NCBI GenBank assembly: GCA_002361595.1
Contig: DETJ01000039.1
Coordinates: 960-64,959 of the forward strand
From: Patescibacteria group bacterium UBA3291
GTDB taxonomy: Bacteria; Patescibacteriota; Gracilibacteria; Absconditabacterales; Absconditicoccaceae
Direction of reading: 5' to 3'
DNA length: 64,000 nt
This document shows, one piece after another, positions 34,361 through 49,300 of this stretch (within the stretch, counting starts at the first letter, position 1; each line of letters opens with the position of its first letter). The notes beneath the pieces were generated by a model, which ran no database searches, had not been told where the DNA came from, and worked only from the letters and a program-made list of their open reading frames with translations. A program made the translations under genes and the position numbers.

Positions 34361-37300
34361 ATGAAAAAGTTAGTGAATGTAGTTACACTCGTTGTAATGG
34401 TGAGTGTGAACACGATGACGCCTTTTACTTATGCGTTTGCGCAGTATGATGAGCCTGTGTATTCACAGGAAGTCGTAGAAGTATCGGATGATACGGCAAA
34501 TTCCCAGATATCTGGGCAAGCTACGGCTGGCGACTCATCTAGTGAAACGTGATATGAAGAAAATATCCAGGGTGAATCACCTGTGGATTTTTCTCTAAAT
34601 ACGGAATCACAAACTAGCGCAGAAGTGGATTCTTTGGCTTCGTCTCAGAATGATGGAGAAGTACAAGATTCTTCGCTACGCTCAGAATGACAAGCGTGAT
34701 GAGAAGAAGATTCTTCGACTTTGGCTCAGGATGGCGAGACACCTATGGATTCCTCACATTCGTTCGAAATGACGGATGAGCAAGAAGAGGAGGAAGAATT
34801 GGATTTCACTTGAAAGACCGTAGCAGCTGTGACTAAAATGCTATGATGAAACTGGGAAACTGATTCTGATGGATATGCTGAGGCATTAGGAATCGAAAAT
34901 TATCAAGGTTATCCAGAACAAAATGAAATAATCAGAAATTATATGGTAACTAATAAAACCCTTCCTGAAAAATGACAAAACACACAAGATTTTCATCCAG
35001 CTCAGCTGGACAAGCTTCGTTCAGAATGACAGGTATGAAGTGAATGAGATACACAAATTTCAGATGATGAGGATGGAGAAGATGATGAAGATCCTTTGCC
35101 TGAAGAATGAGACACACAAGATTCTCAGCTAGCTGAGTGAACTTCGCTAGACGCTCAGAATGACATCGAACAGCCAGAATGAGAAGATGAAATGTGATTC
35201 TTCGATGAATTATGAGAAGGAATTCAGAATTTGTTTAATAAAATTAGATATTTCTTCACAGATGAAGAAAATGAATCATATATAATATATAGTGAAGATG
35301 ATAATGATATATGAACTATTACATTAAAAGATCCAGAAACTGCGGCTACTATCACTATTATGGATAGAAATCTATGAGCTGAAAAAGTAAATGACTATGG
35401 ATATTATTTTCAATGGTGAAATAATCACGGAGTAGAAGAAGTAAATTCTACAAACAAAACAACTATTAAAGCTATTTATGATGATAGTTATTATGCTAAA
35501 TGATATGATGGTAATGGTTTATTTATAGTATGAGCCAAAGATTACCGAGAAAATGGAAATCATTATAATAATTTATGGTGATGAGATTTGAAAGAACAAT
35601 ACAAGCAGGCAGCATGTCCTGCATGATACCATGTACCAACTGCCAAAGAATGGAATCAGTTGATGAGTATATGGTGAAAGATTCATACACAGGATGTATC
35701 TGTGGATGAAGAATGACAAAATGTTTCACAGACTAGATATACAGCAAATTCATCAGAAACTAAGATAGCTTCATTTAAAGATCAGGCACAGCAATGTGAA
35801 GAATCTGACACTCAATGTGTGGATGAAGACAATTTTAGTGATATAATCAATATTTTATCATCAGAACTCAGACTTCCTTTAGCTGGAGGTTATGATGAAG
35901 ATGGTAAATATTATGATGAATGATGAATTTATTGGACATCTACAGCCAGAGATGGAGAAAAAGCATTAATTTTCGATATTGATGCTTATTTTGGCATTAA
36001 TGGAGATGACAATTTGGGTTATAAAGCTCAAGGTCATAATATTAGATGTTTCCAGAATGTGACAGAGCGAGATGCTGGAGAAGATATTCAAGATTCTCAG
36101 CAAACTGAGCAAGCTCAGCAAGCTGAGTGAACTTCAGCTGATGCCTCTGAATGACAGGGTGATACAAACAACAACCCGGGTTCAGCCTCAATGACTGACC
36201 AGGATTGAAATGGTGAACAGGATGAGAATGAAGTAGAACCCGGGTTGAATGTGGAAAATTCTTCAGAATGACAAGCTGGAGATGATGAACAAGCTAAAAC
36301 AGATTCTAATATATCTGTTTTAGATTATCTTTTTCATGAGGGAGTCGGTGACTCGGCTTCCTCTCCTTTCCCAGGAGATGAAGGGGATAATTTAGAACAA
36401 AGTTTTACATGAGATGACACACAAGATTCTCAGCTAGCTGAGTGAACTTCTCTAGACGCTCAGAATGACGATGTGCAGGTAGAACTTGACAAAGCACGAG
36501 CAACACTCAATGTAGAACCAATTACAAAAGCTGAAAGGTACAACAGAGTAACGGTAAATGTAGAAGCTCCAGCTGGAACTTTCCCTCAAGGAACTTATGC
36601 AAACATCAGACCAATTGTATCTACAGTCAGACTAGATGAAATCAAAGGACAGATTTCAGAGGAAGATAACACAGTATCAGAAAACTCTGAAGTAGTAGCT
36701 TTTGATATTACATTCATGTACAAATTGAGTGATGGTACAGAGGTAGAAGTGCAGCCTAAAGAAAACACAGTAAAGGTGGAATTTAATTATGAGGATAATG
36801 ATAATCTTTCAAAAGCTGACGAAAATGACTCTCAGGAAGTAAAGATTTTCCACTTGGATAATAAAGATGAGAATGGTGAAAAAGTAGATAGATGAGAAGA
36901 AAAAGTAGTAGATGTGACAAATAAACAGGAAAGTGCAGAAGATGGTATTGTAGTAGCGGATGCTGAAAGTTTCTCAATCTATGTACTTACTTTAAGTGAT
37001 AATTCACATACTTTAACTCTTTATCCAAATTGAGGTACTTTTACAAATAATAATATAATTATAACATGACCATGTGATCAAGAAAATGATCCATCATGTT
37101 CTGGAACAATCACTGTTGATGGTAACTGAGTAGTAGAAGAACCTGTGGTTACAAAAACTAATTATAATTTTGCTGGATGGTATACAAGTACGGATGGTGG
37201 TACAACATTATCTGATACGGCTTTTGATTTTGATACTCCAATTACAGATGATATTACACTTTATGCTAAATGGACAGATTATGTGATTACCTTTGATACA

Positions 37301-40300
37301 GATGGTGGTAGTGATGTAGATCCTATATTTGTAAATGATGGGGATACAGCTACTAGACCAAAAGATCCTACTAAAACATGAAATTATATGTTCTTATGAT
37401 GGTTTGATGCTGCATCGTGAGGAAATAGATTTGAATTTGAAGATAATCTTATTACTTCAGATAAGATTCTTTATGCTCACTGGGCTGAATTTGAGAAGTT
37501 GAATTTCACATGAGTGGTAAAAATTTCAGGATATCCAGATGGAATGGCAACAGTTACGATTATGGATAGAAATTTATGAGCAACTGAAGCATGAATATGA
37601 ACAACAGCCTCAGCAGATTCATATGGATATCTTTATGAATACTGAAATAATCATGGATTTTCACTTGTAAATAAAAGAATTCCTAATGAATATATAAGAA
37701 CAGACCAAGTAGATGTAACGGATTATTCGTGGGAGAATCCATTCTATTCTAAATATTATATAAAAAGGAGTGATAACTGGATGACATCATCTTCTAATAA
37801 AAATTTGTGGTGATGAGCAAATGATATTTTGACAAACTATTATTGAGAAAATATAGATCCTTCTCGTAGACAATGACCATGTCCAGAATGATATCATATA
37901 CCATCTGTGAAAGAATGGTATGATGTAGTTGATATTTTATTTCAGAAGTATGATATTGATGAAAAAACGGATAAAAATTATAAATATCCTGAACAAGTTT
38001 GAAAAAATCCTAAAACTGTTAATGAAGTGAAATATATGTTATGAGATTATTATGATGATATAGAACAGGATTTGAATTTAGTATATTTCTGACGTATAAA
38101 AGAGAATGAAGTCGCAGTTGGTAGAGATGCAAGTTCTGATGATCCGAGAGCTCCATACTGGACATCAAGTGATCATAATAGTAAAGCATTTATTATAGAG
38201 TTTTGATTAAAAGCTAAAGCACTAAGTTTATGATGATTTGAAGAACCTAAACCAAGTGGTTATTGAGTTCGTTGTTTCAAGGATGTACCAGATTATTGAA
38301 TGGTAAAATTTGAATTAAATGGATGAAATTGGGATGTAGAGGATGAATATTTGGCATATAAAAGAGCTGAAGGAATTGAGTTACCATCTGAACAACCAGA
38401 AAAATATGCTTATAATTTTGATGGATGGTATACAGATGATTGAACTTTTGAGGATGAAGTAGTCGATGGAAGATCATTAGATTCAAATGTGACTTTATAT
38501 GCTAAATATGAACCTAAAGATAAATATCTGATAAATTTTGTGGTTGAATGAGCAGCTAGAAGTAAATTGTTAATGGAATGAGAAATCCCTTCTTATGATA
38601 CAAGTTGGCCAGAGCCAGCTAAACCAGATCAGGGTGAATATTCTTATAGATTTGATGGTTGGAATGATGGAACTACAAAATATGACTTAGGTGAAGAATT
38701 ACCTGCTGTTACAGGTCCTGCTACATATACAGCAGTTTTTGAGCAATATATGGTAGATAGGCATAGAGTATCCTATGATATAGATGGAGATGGTCATGAA
38801 GATAATGTAGAGTATGTAAGTAAAGTAGAGGGTGAAAATATTATTACTTTACCAGTAGCTCCAACTAAAGAAGGATATGATTTTGCATGATGGAAAGCTG
38901 ATAATGAAGAAAATGCTAGAGAAGCTGAAAGTTCATATACAGTTACAGGAGATGTAGATTTTACAGCTCTGTGGACACCACATGATTATAGTATAGCGTA
39001 TGACTATGATGGATGAACAGTATCTCAGACTAATCCTACACATTATAATCTTGGTAATAATTCGGTAGATATACATTCTCCATCTAAATCAGGTTATAAA
39101 TTTGTATGATGGAAAGAATATTCTTGTAATGAATCTGATGTGGCTAATTGTCAGAATTGGACATTTGTAAGAGATGTGCTTGTATATGGAGATCCAACTT
39201 CTATTGTAATATGAGGAATAGGACATAAAAAATATGTGGCTCAATGGGTAGAAAATGAGGTGACATATTCAGTGATTTGGCTTGATGATAATCACTCTTA
39301 TATGGGTATTTCGAATGTGCCATTAAATACTATAGCCTCTACAATTACAAATATACCAAATACGGCTAAAGAAGCAGATGCTGAATATACTTATACTTTC
39401 CTTAACTGGACAAAGAAGAGTGGTTCTGATTTTGTAGATGTCGATCTGAGTCAAGAAACTATAACAGATAATATGATATATTATGCGAAATATCAAAAGA
39501 CTAAAAATAAATATTCAGTGACATTTGTAGGTGAGGATGAAACTACAGTTTTACAGGAATCTACTCAGTATGACTATGGAACAACATCAGAAAATATAAC
39601 TATACCTACTGCTCCAGCTAAGCAGTGATATACATTTGATGGATGGTTAAAGAAAATAGGTGATGGTGAATATTCATCTGAAGTGGTAGATATGTCTACA
39701 GAAGAAGTGCAGGCGAATGTAACATATAAAGCTCATTATAGTCCAATTACAGCTGAATATACAATTACATTTGTACTATGAAATGGAGAAAGTGATGTCG
39801 TAATAACTGGACATGAATGAGATTCTGTTATGGCACCAGCTAATCCTACTAGAAATGGATATACATTTGCTGGTTGGAGTCCAACTGTTCCAGCTACAAT
39901 GCCTGCTCATAATGATACAATTACAGCTCAATGGACAGCTAATCAATACACAGTAACATTAAATATAAATTATTGAGAAACTCCTGCAACAAGTGAAATA
40001 ACAGTAACATATGATGATACTTATGGAAACTGATGATTATCAAATCCTACGAGTAGAGCAGGATATACATTTGATGGATGGTATGATGCTGAAACTGAAT
40101 GAAATAAGGTTAAAGCTGATACAGTAGTATCTACAGCAGCTGATCATATTTTGTATGCACATTGGACAGCAGATCAGCATTCAATTACATATAATAATAC
40201 TAAGTGAGCAGAAAATACAAATCCTGCAACGTTTACTACAGATACACAGACTATTAGTCTGAATAATTTGTCAGTAGCTGGATATACATTTAATGGATGG

Positions 40301-43300
40301 TATGATGCTGAAACTGAGTGAAATAAAATAACTCAAATTGTACAGTGAACAACAAATGATGTAGTATTGTATGCTCATTGGACAGCAATACCATATAGTA
40401 TAATTTATACACAAGTGCCAGAAGGTTATGTTGCAACAACTTATAGTTATACGATAGAAAATTCATTTACTATTCCAAATCCTGCAAGTGTAGTATGACA
40501 AACTTTCAAAGGATGGAGAGAATATGTAAAAATTGGTGAAAATGAATGAGAACCAATATGGGAAGAACCTAATCCATGACAGATATATTATAATGCTAAT
40601 GGTATTACAATACAATCGTGAAATATTTGAGATAGAAAATATGAAGCTCAATGGGAAGTAAAAACATATACAGTATTTTGGGTAGATGAAGATTTAGAAA
40701 TTTTGGAGACAGATAATGATGTAAATCATGGAAGCCATCCACAATTTGATGAAACTACTCCAACTAAAACAGATACAGCCGAATGGGATTATGAATTTGA
40801 GACATGGACAAAAAATGGAGTAGATGTTGATATAACTACAGAAACTGTTACATCAAATGTAATATATAAAGCTAAATATTCAGAGACAAAGAAAGAATAT
40901 ACAATTACTTTCGTAAATGATGACAATTCACAATTATCAACTCATGATTATGAATATGGAACAGCTGCAGCTACTATACAGCAGCCTACGGCAACAAAGG
41001 ATTCTACAGCTCAGTATAGATATGAATTTGCAGGTTGGAATCCAGCTCTTGCTCCAGTCACAGGACCTCAGACATATAAGGCTACTTATAATGAAATTTT
41101 GAGACAATATGCAGTAACATTTGTAAATGAAGATGGATCTGATTTACAGTCTGCTACAATGTTTGACTATGATTCACATCCTATTTATAATGGTCCGACT
41201 CCTAAAAAAGTAGTAGATGGTGGTTTTAGTTATTCATTTGATGGATGGTTGAAGAAGGTATGAGATGGAGATTTTGGTACTGATGTTATCAGTGATTTAA
41301 CATCGGAAGAAATTAAGGATACAACAATTTATAAAGCTCATTATACTCAGAGTCTATTTACATATAATGTAACATTAAATCCAAATGGACAATGAAGTGT
41401 AGATCCTTCAATTATTGTTGTAACATATGGTAGTACATATGGTAATTATGATGGACAATCTCATGAAAAATTACCAGAACCTACATGAGATGGTTATGAT
41501 TTTGTATCATGGAATACACAATCAGATGGACAATGAACTACAATAACAGCATCTACATCGGTATGACTAAGTGCTAGAGATCAGATTCTTTATGCTCAGT
41601 GGACACCAAGTGATTATGATCTTGAATTTGTAGATGATAATGAGAGTACTCCATTAGTTCCAAAGACGACTTATACAATTGAAGATACTATAACACTTTC
41701 AGTTCCTACTAAATGAGGATACACATTTATTGGATGGAAAGAGTATGTAGATGGAGTTTATACTAGAGCATATTTAGCTAATGATCTTCCTCTTACTCTT
41801 CCAGCAGGAAATATTTGAGACAGAAAATATGTAGCTCAATGGAATCTGAATGGACATGTAGTAATATGGTTAGATGATGATCAAAGAGTTTTGGATATTG
41901 ATACAAATATACCAGATGAAACTTTGGTTACAGAAATAGAGCCAGCTGAACCTACTAAAGCTCAGGATGATCAATATACATATACATTTGATAAATGGTT
42001 AAAAGAGGTAATAGGTGGAAATCCAGCTGTAGTTCCAGATTGGGATCATGAGAGAGTAACAGCTGATGTGAAATATCAAGCCAGTTATCAACCTCATATT
42101 AGACAATATTCAGTAACATTTGTAGGTGAGAATGGTGAAACTGTTTTACAGCCAGCTGCATTATATGATTATGGAACAACAGCTGCTAATATCACTAAAC
42201 CAGCAGAACCTACTAAAGCAGCCACAGCTGCACATACATATACATTTGTATGATGGAAAGCAAATGGACAGTGAGAACCTATTCCTACCGTTAGCCTTCC
42301 AAATGTAACATGAAATGTGACATATTGGGCATCATTTACTGAAACTACAAATCAGTATGAAGTAACATTTGTAGATGAGAATGGTACTACTGTTTTGAAA
42401 GCAGCAACTCAGTATGATTATAATACACCAGCAGCTTTGATTGAGCAGCCAGCTACACCTACTAAGGCAGAGACACTTTCACACACATATACATTTGCTG
42501 GTTGGAATCCAGCTTTAGCAGATGTAACAGCAGATGCTACTTATACAGCTACTTATACATCCACTCCAAAGCAATATACTATTACACTTAATCCAGATGG
42601 TGGAGTCATTGAATGAGCAGCTACAACCAAAGAAGTAACATTTGGTTCTACTTATTGAGAATTGCCAACTCCTACGAAACTTGGATACACTTTTGGTGGA
42701 TGGTTTGATGCTGATGATACACAGCAACAAAACGAAATAACATCAGCTACAGTAGTGACGACAGATGCTATAAATCAGACACTTAAGGCTAAATGGACAG
42801 TACAAAAATTTAATATTAGATATCTTGAAGATGATAGACAAACTCCAGTGACTGTGTCTGATCCTATGACAATATATACAGTAAAAGATTCTATAGTAAT
42901 TAAAAATCCTACAAAAGAATGACATACATTTATTGGATGGAAAGAGTGTGTAGGAAATGATTGTTCTACAGCATATTTGAAGGATGGAAGTAGTTCAATT
43001 AAAATTCCAGCATGAAAAACATGAGATAGAGATTATTTAGCTATATGGAATGTACACTGACATGTAGTAATTTGGGGAGACTATAATGGTGTAGTTTTGG
43101 AAATAGATCCAAATGTAGATTATGGAGATCCAGTTTCATATGATGTAGAGGATGAAGATCACAATCCAAAATATCCATCTAGAGAAGATACAGCTGAATT
43201 TGATTATGAATTTATAGGATGGACAGACTGAGACAAACATTTTTATCCTATAAATGGAACTCCTGCTATTCCAACAATGTGAGATGCTGATATAACCTAT

Positions 43301-46300
43301 ACAGCTACTTATTCTGAAACAACAAAAAAATATACTATTACATTTGTAGATGCAGATGATACGGAATTGTCAAGTAAAGATTATGAATATGGAACAGCTG
43401 CTAGTGTTATAGTTAAACCAGCATTTAATATACCATCTCCAACTTCACAGTGTGCAGAATATCAGGGGGCATGGGATAAAGAGATAGTAGAAGTGACATG
43501 AGATGAAACATATAAGGCAGAGTATACATGTAAAACTCCTGCTACATATACTATTACATGGAAAAACTATGATGGAAGAATTTTGGAGACAGATGAAAAT
43601 GTTCCATACTGAACATTGCCAGATTATGATGAAGATGCTCACTGAGTACCTACAAAAGATTTGCATGATGGAAAAACATATCTTTTTGAGACTTGGGATC
43701 CTGCTGTTGATGTAGTTACAAAAGATGAAATTTATACAGCAACTTTCACTGCCAATCCAAATGCGTATGGAGTAACATTCAATCCTAAGTGATGAATAGT
43801 AAATCCAAACTATAAGGTAGTAATAAATGGAGAAGCTTATGGAGATTTACCAACTCCTACAAAAGCTGGTTATACATTTGATGGATGGTATTCAGATGAT
43901 GGAACATTCGCAAATGAAGTAAAATCTACAGATACATATACTTTGACAACAAATCAGACTCTTTATGCTAAGTGGAATATAGTAAGTTATAATATTACAT
44001 ATCAAAATGTTGAAGCTAGTTATATAGAAACAGCTCCAGTTACATATACAGTTGAATCTGATGATATTGAAATTCCAAATCCAACTAGAGATGGATATAC
44101 ATTTAAGGCATGGAAAGAATATGTAAAAAATGGTAATTATGTACCATGAGGGGATGAACCAGAGTGGATATTCGAAAGAGACATACTTAGAGATGGAGAT
44201 AATGATATTACTTTACCTGTGTGAAATACATGAGATAGAGAATTTAGGGCTCAATGGGATATAAATCGTTATAAAGTAGTATTTAAGAATTATGATGATA
44301 CTATATTAGATGTGCAGATGTTGGATTATGGAACGCCAGTTACAGCTCCAGCTAATCCTAGCAAACCTAATTCATCTAATGGTCAATTTAGATATGAATT
44401 TGCAGGATGGAAAGCAAATTGAGAATGAGATTTAATTCCTAAAACATCCACTCTTCCAGTAGCGACAGAAGATGTAGATTATATAGCTCAGTTTAATGAG
44501 ATTACTAGAAAATATACAGTTACATTCCAAAATTATGATGAAACTGAATTACAGTCAAGCGATGTAAATTATGGAACAGCTCCAGTTTATGCAGGGGAGA
44601 CTCCAACTAAAGCGAGTACATCACAGTATTCATACACATTTAATGGATGGACAGATGGAACTAGTGAATATGCAAAGGATGCTACTCTTCCAGATGTATC
44701 GTGAGAAACTACTTATACAGCAGTATTTACTCAATCTCCAGTAAAATATACAGTAACATTTAAAGATTGGAATGATGAAATTATTAGTGCTAAAGAATAT
44801 GGTTATGGAACACATGTTGCAGATATAGTTAAACCAGCAGATCCTACTAGAGATGGATATACATTTGCAGGTTGGAGTGAAATCCCAGAAACAATGCCAG
44901 CTCAAGATGTAACAGTAACAGCTACTTATACTATTAATTCATATATAGTTACATTTGATTCTGATGGAGGAAGTGCGGTAGAAGCTGAGACACTAGAATA
45001 TAATACACCAGTTTCTAGACCTACAGATCCTACTAAGGAAGGATATACATTCTCTAAATGGCAAAAAGTAGATGGACAGACTCTTTCAGATTATGATTTT
45101 GCTACACCAGTAACAGCAGATATTACATTAAAGGCAATCTGGACAAAGAATACTTATACAGTAGTATATAAGGATGGAAATAATGATATAACAATTCCAG
45201 ATGCTACTACTAGTTATACAATTACAGATCAAATCACAATTCCAAATCCAGAAAAGGATGGATATACATTTATAGCATGGGAGGAATATGTATGTACAAA
45301 AACTATTAAATCTGAATGTACTTCATCTGATCGAAAGCATACTAGAGATATTCTAAAGTCAGGAGAATCAATTACAATTCCAGCATGAAATATCTGACAT
45401 AGAGAGTATAGAGCACAGTGGAATATAAATAATTATGAAGTAATATTCCAGAATTATGATAGAAGTATCTTGAAAGTACAGAATTTAAATTATGGAGCTT
45501 CTGTAACTGCTCCAGCTGATCCTACTAAACCTGCAGATGCTGAGAAAGTGTATATATTTGATGGTTGGCAAGTAGATGGAGCTGGAGATGTTATTGCGAC
45601 AGCAGATCTTCCAACTGTGTCATGAGATGTACATTATGTAGCACATTTTACAGAATCAGCAAATCAACATACAATTACGTTCAAGAATGATGATGGAACT
45701 GTTTTACAGTCTGGAAAAGTAACTTATAATGAGGCTCCAGTTTATGCATGACAAACTCCAACTAAAGCAAATACAGCACAGTATTCATATACATTCGCTG
45801 GATGGACTAATGGAACTACTGAATATTGAAAAGATGATACACTTCCAGCTGTAACATGAGAAGCTATTTATACAGCAATTTATACTTCAACTGTAAATGA
45901 ATATACAATTACATGGAAATCAGATGCTGATACAACTATTGATACTACGACAGTAGCTTATGGACAAATGCCAACTCATGCTATACCAACTAAAAATGGA
46001 TTTACATTTGATGGTTGGGATCCTGCAGTAGCATTTGTAACATGACCAGCTACTTATGTTGCTACATGGAGAGAATATGAATTGCATTCTTTCTACACAA
46101 AGTGAGGTGATCAGTTTGCTGTAGCATTATATAAAGATGATAAATCATTTGATATTTCGGCTACAGAGCAGGTAAATGGAGGTATAAATGATAGAGCATT
46201 AGCACAATTCTTATTATGAGCTGATGCCGTTGCAGATTTAACAGATGAAGAAGTTAGTGAATTATTAAATAACACACAATTTGAAATTAAAGATATTTCA

Positions 46301-49300
46301 GATTTATGATGAGAAGTATTATTCTTATGATTTACTAATTCAGAAGACAAACCACAGACTAAATGATACTGTTCAGATGCAGGATGTGATTATTTCTCAA
46401 GTTTAGATTCTGATTTGAAAGTGAATGATGCAGTTAGAACTAAATGAATGAATTTAACAAAGGTACAGAAACCATCATGGGTAGATGAACCAGTTAAAAA
46501 TAATAATAAATATAAAGAAGTAAGAGATGCTTCAAACAATTTGAAATGATTTGTAGTATTAGTAAATGATGGATATCTATATGTTCCAGTAATGAAATAT
46601 ACAGTTACATGGGAAAATGCAAATACAACATTGGAGACAGATCAGAATGTTCCATATTCAGCTACTCCAACTTATAATGGAGCTGAGCCAACTAAAGCAA
46701 GAGATGATCAATATACATATACATTTAAATGATGGAGTGATGGAACTGTTTCATATGCAAAGGATGCTACTCTTCCATGAGTATCTTGAAATGTAACATA
46801 TACAGCTGAATTCGATAATACAACAAATAAATATACAGTAAAATTTGTACAGGAAGATGGAATTACACCAATCAAAGTAGATGATAAAGATTCTAAAGAT
46901 TATGATTATGGTACATCTGCTGATGATATAATTGTGCCAGAAACTCCAGCTAAAACTGGATGGAGATTTACTGGATGGACTCCTGAAATTGAAGATGTAA
47001 CAGCAGATGCTACTTATAGAGCAACATATGCAATCAATCAATATACAATAACATTTGTATTAGGAAACGGAGATGAAAATGTTGAAATTACTCAGAATTA
47101 TGGAACAGAAATTACAGCACCAGCTGATTTTACAAGAGAAGGATATATATTTGATGGTTGGGATGTAGAAGTTCCTGAAACTATGCCGGCTGAGAATAAG
47201 ACTATTACAGCTAAGTGGACAGCTAATGAATATACAGTGACATTCAATTCTGGAGAATGAGCAACAGTAGATCCAGCAAGTAAAACAGTAACATTTGATT
47301 CTACTTACGGAGATTTACCTATTCCAACTAAAAAAGGATATACATTTAATGGATGGTATGATGATGAAACTGAATGAAATAAGGTTAAAGCTGATACAGT
47401 AGTATCTACAGCAGCTAATCATACATTATATGCTCAGTGGACAGCTAATGAGTACTCTGTAACATTTAATCCATGAGAATGAGCAACAGTAAATCCAACA
47501 AGTAAAACAGTAACATTTGATTCTGATTATGGAACTTTACCAACTCCAGTTAAAAATGGATATACATTTAATGGATGGTATACAGCTGCTACAGAATGAA
47601 CAAAGGTTGAATCTGATACAGTAGTATCTACAGCGAGTGATCATATATTATATGCTCAGTGGACTATCAATACATATACTATAACATATGATTATGCTGG
47701 ATGAACATTGTCAGACTGAGTTACTAATCCAAATGCATATAATGTGGAAGAATCAGTGAAAATATATGCTCCAAAGAAGACATGATATACATTCAAAGGA
47801 TGGAAAGAATATGTAAAATCTGGAGAAAATTCACGAACATTTGTTCAAGATATCTTTGAATCAGGAGAGTCTATAACAGTTTTAGCATGAGCTACATGAA
47901 ATAAGAAATATGAAGCTCAATGGATACAAAACACATATACTGTAACATTCTATCCTAATGGATGATCTAATATTGATTCTCAGAGTGTATTGTACAATGA
48001 TAAAATTGAAGTTACCACAGCATTACAAAATTTCGCAAATAGTAAAGAATGATATACTTTCAAGGGATGGTATACTACATCTAATTTCGCAGAATGAACT
48101 GAATTTGATTTTAATACTCCAGTGACAGACAGATTAAATCTTTATGCTAAATGGGATAAAGATCGATATACAATTACATATCAATTGAATGGTGGAGAAT
48201 TGACTAATCAATTAGCTCAATATAGTATAGATTTTGTCAGTTGGACAATTCTTAAACCAACTAAAGAATGATACACATTCAAGTGATGGTCTGATGTGGA
48301 AAGTGATATCGAATGAATGCCACAGACTATTTCATTGACTAATCAATGGTTTAGAGATCATGGATTCAAGAATAGAACATTTGTAGCTAATTGGGAGATT
48401 AATCATTATACAGTGAAGTATATGGATGGAGTAGATGAATTGGTAGATTTGAGAGATACAGTAGATCATGGAGATACTATTTCACCTTTACCAGTTCCAA
48501 CTAAAGAATGATATACATTCGTTAAATGGTATAAAGAACCAAAACTTATAAATGAATGGACAGCTACTGACACTGTTACAAGTGATACGACATTATATGC
48601 TAAATGGAGAAAGTATACAGTTTATGGACCATTCTATATGACAGATGGTACAAAATTTAATATAGCATTATTTGATGATGACGGAAGTATAGATATTGAA
48701 TGAACTAAAGCTAATAATGATCCATCAGTTATTACACCAGAGCGTGAACAAGGATTACGTTATTCACAGGCTGAAGTAGTTGAACTTCCAGAATTGTGAG
48801 ATGTATTATTTATCAAATCACCACGTCCTAGTGATCCAACAAAGTCAGATACTAAATGATTCTGTTCTACACAGGCATGTAATTATTTCGCATCAGAAGG
48901 TGCTGAAAGTGTAACACCAGAATTCAAATCTCAGGCAATGGACACAACTAATCCTGAATGACCATCATGGACAGATGGTGCTACTAATTATATGAAGTAT
49001 CATGAAGTCAGAGATGATAATGATAAATTAAAGTGATTCACAGTATTGGTAAGTAAGGGTAATGTGAATGGATATATTTATGTACCAGTTAAGCAATATG
49101 AAGTAATATTTGTGGATGAGAATGGAACTCCAGTTCTAAAACCTGTTACACAGTATGGTTATGGAACTCCAGCTGCTGATATTGTGAAACCAGCTGATCC
49201 TACTAAGGAGGCTACTCAGCAATATACATATACATTTGCCGGATGGAATCCATCAGTTGCAGAAGTAACAGAGGATGCTACTTATACTGCTACTTATACA

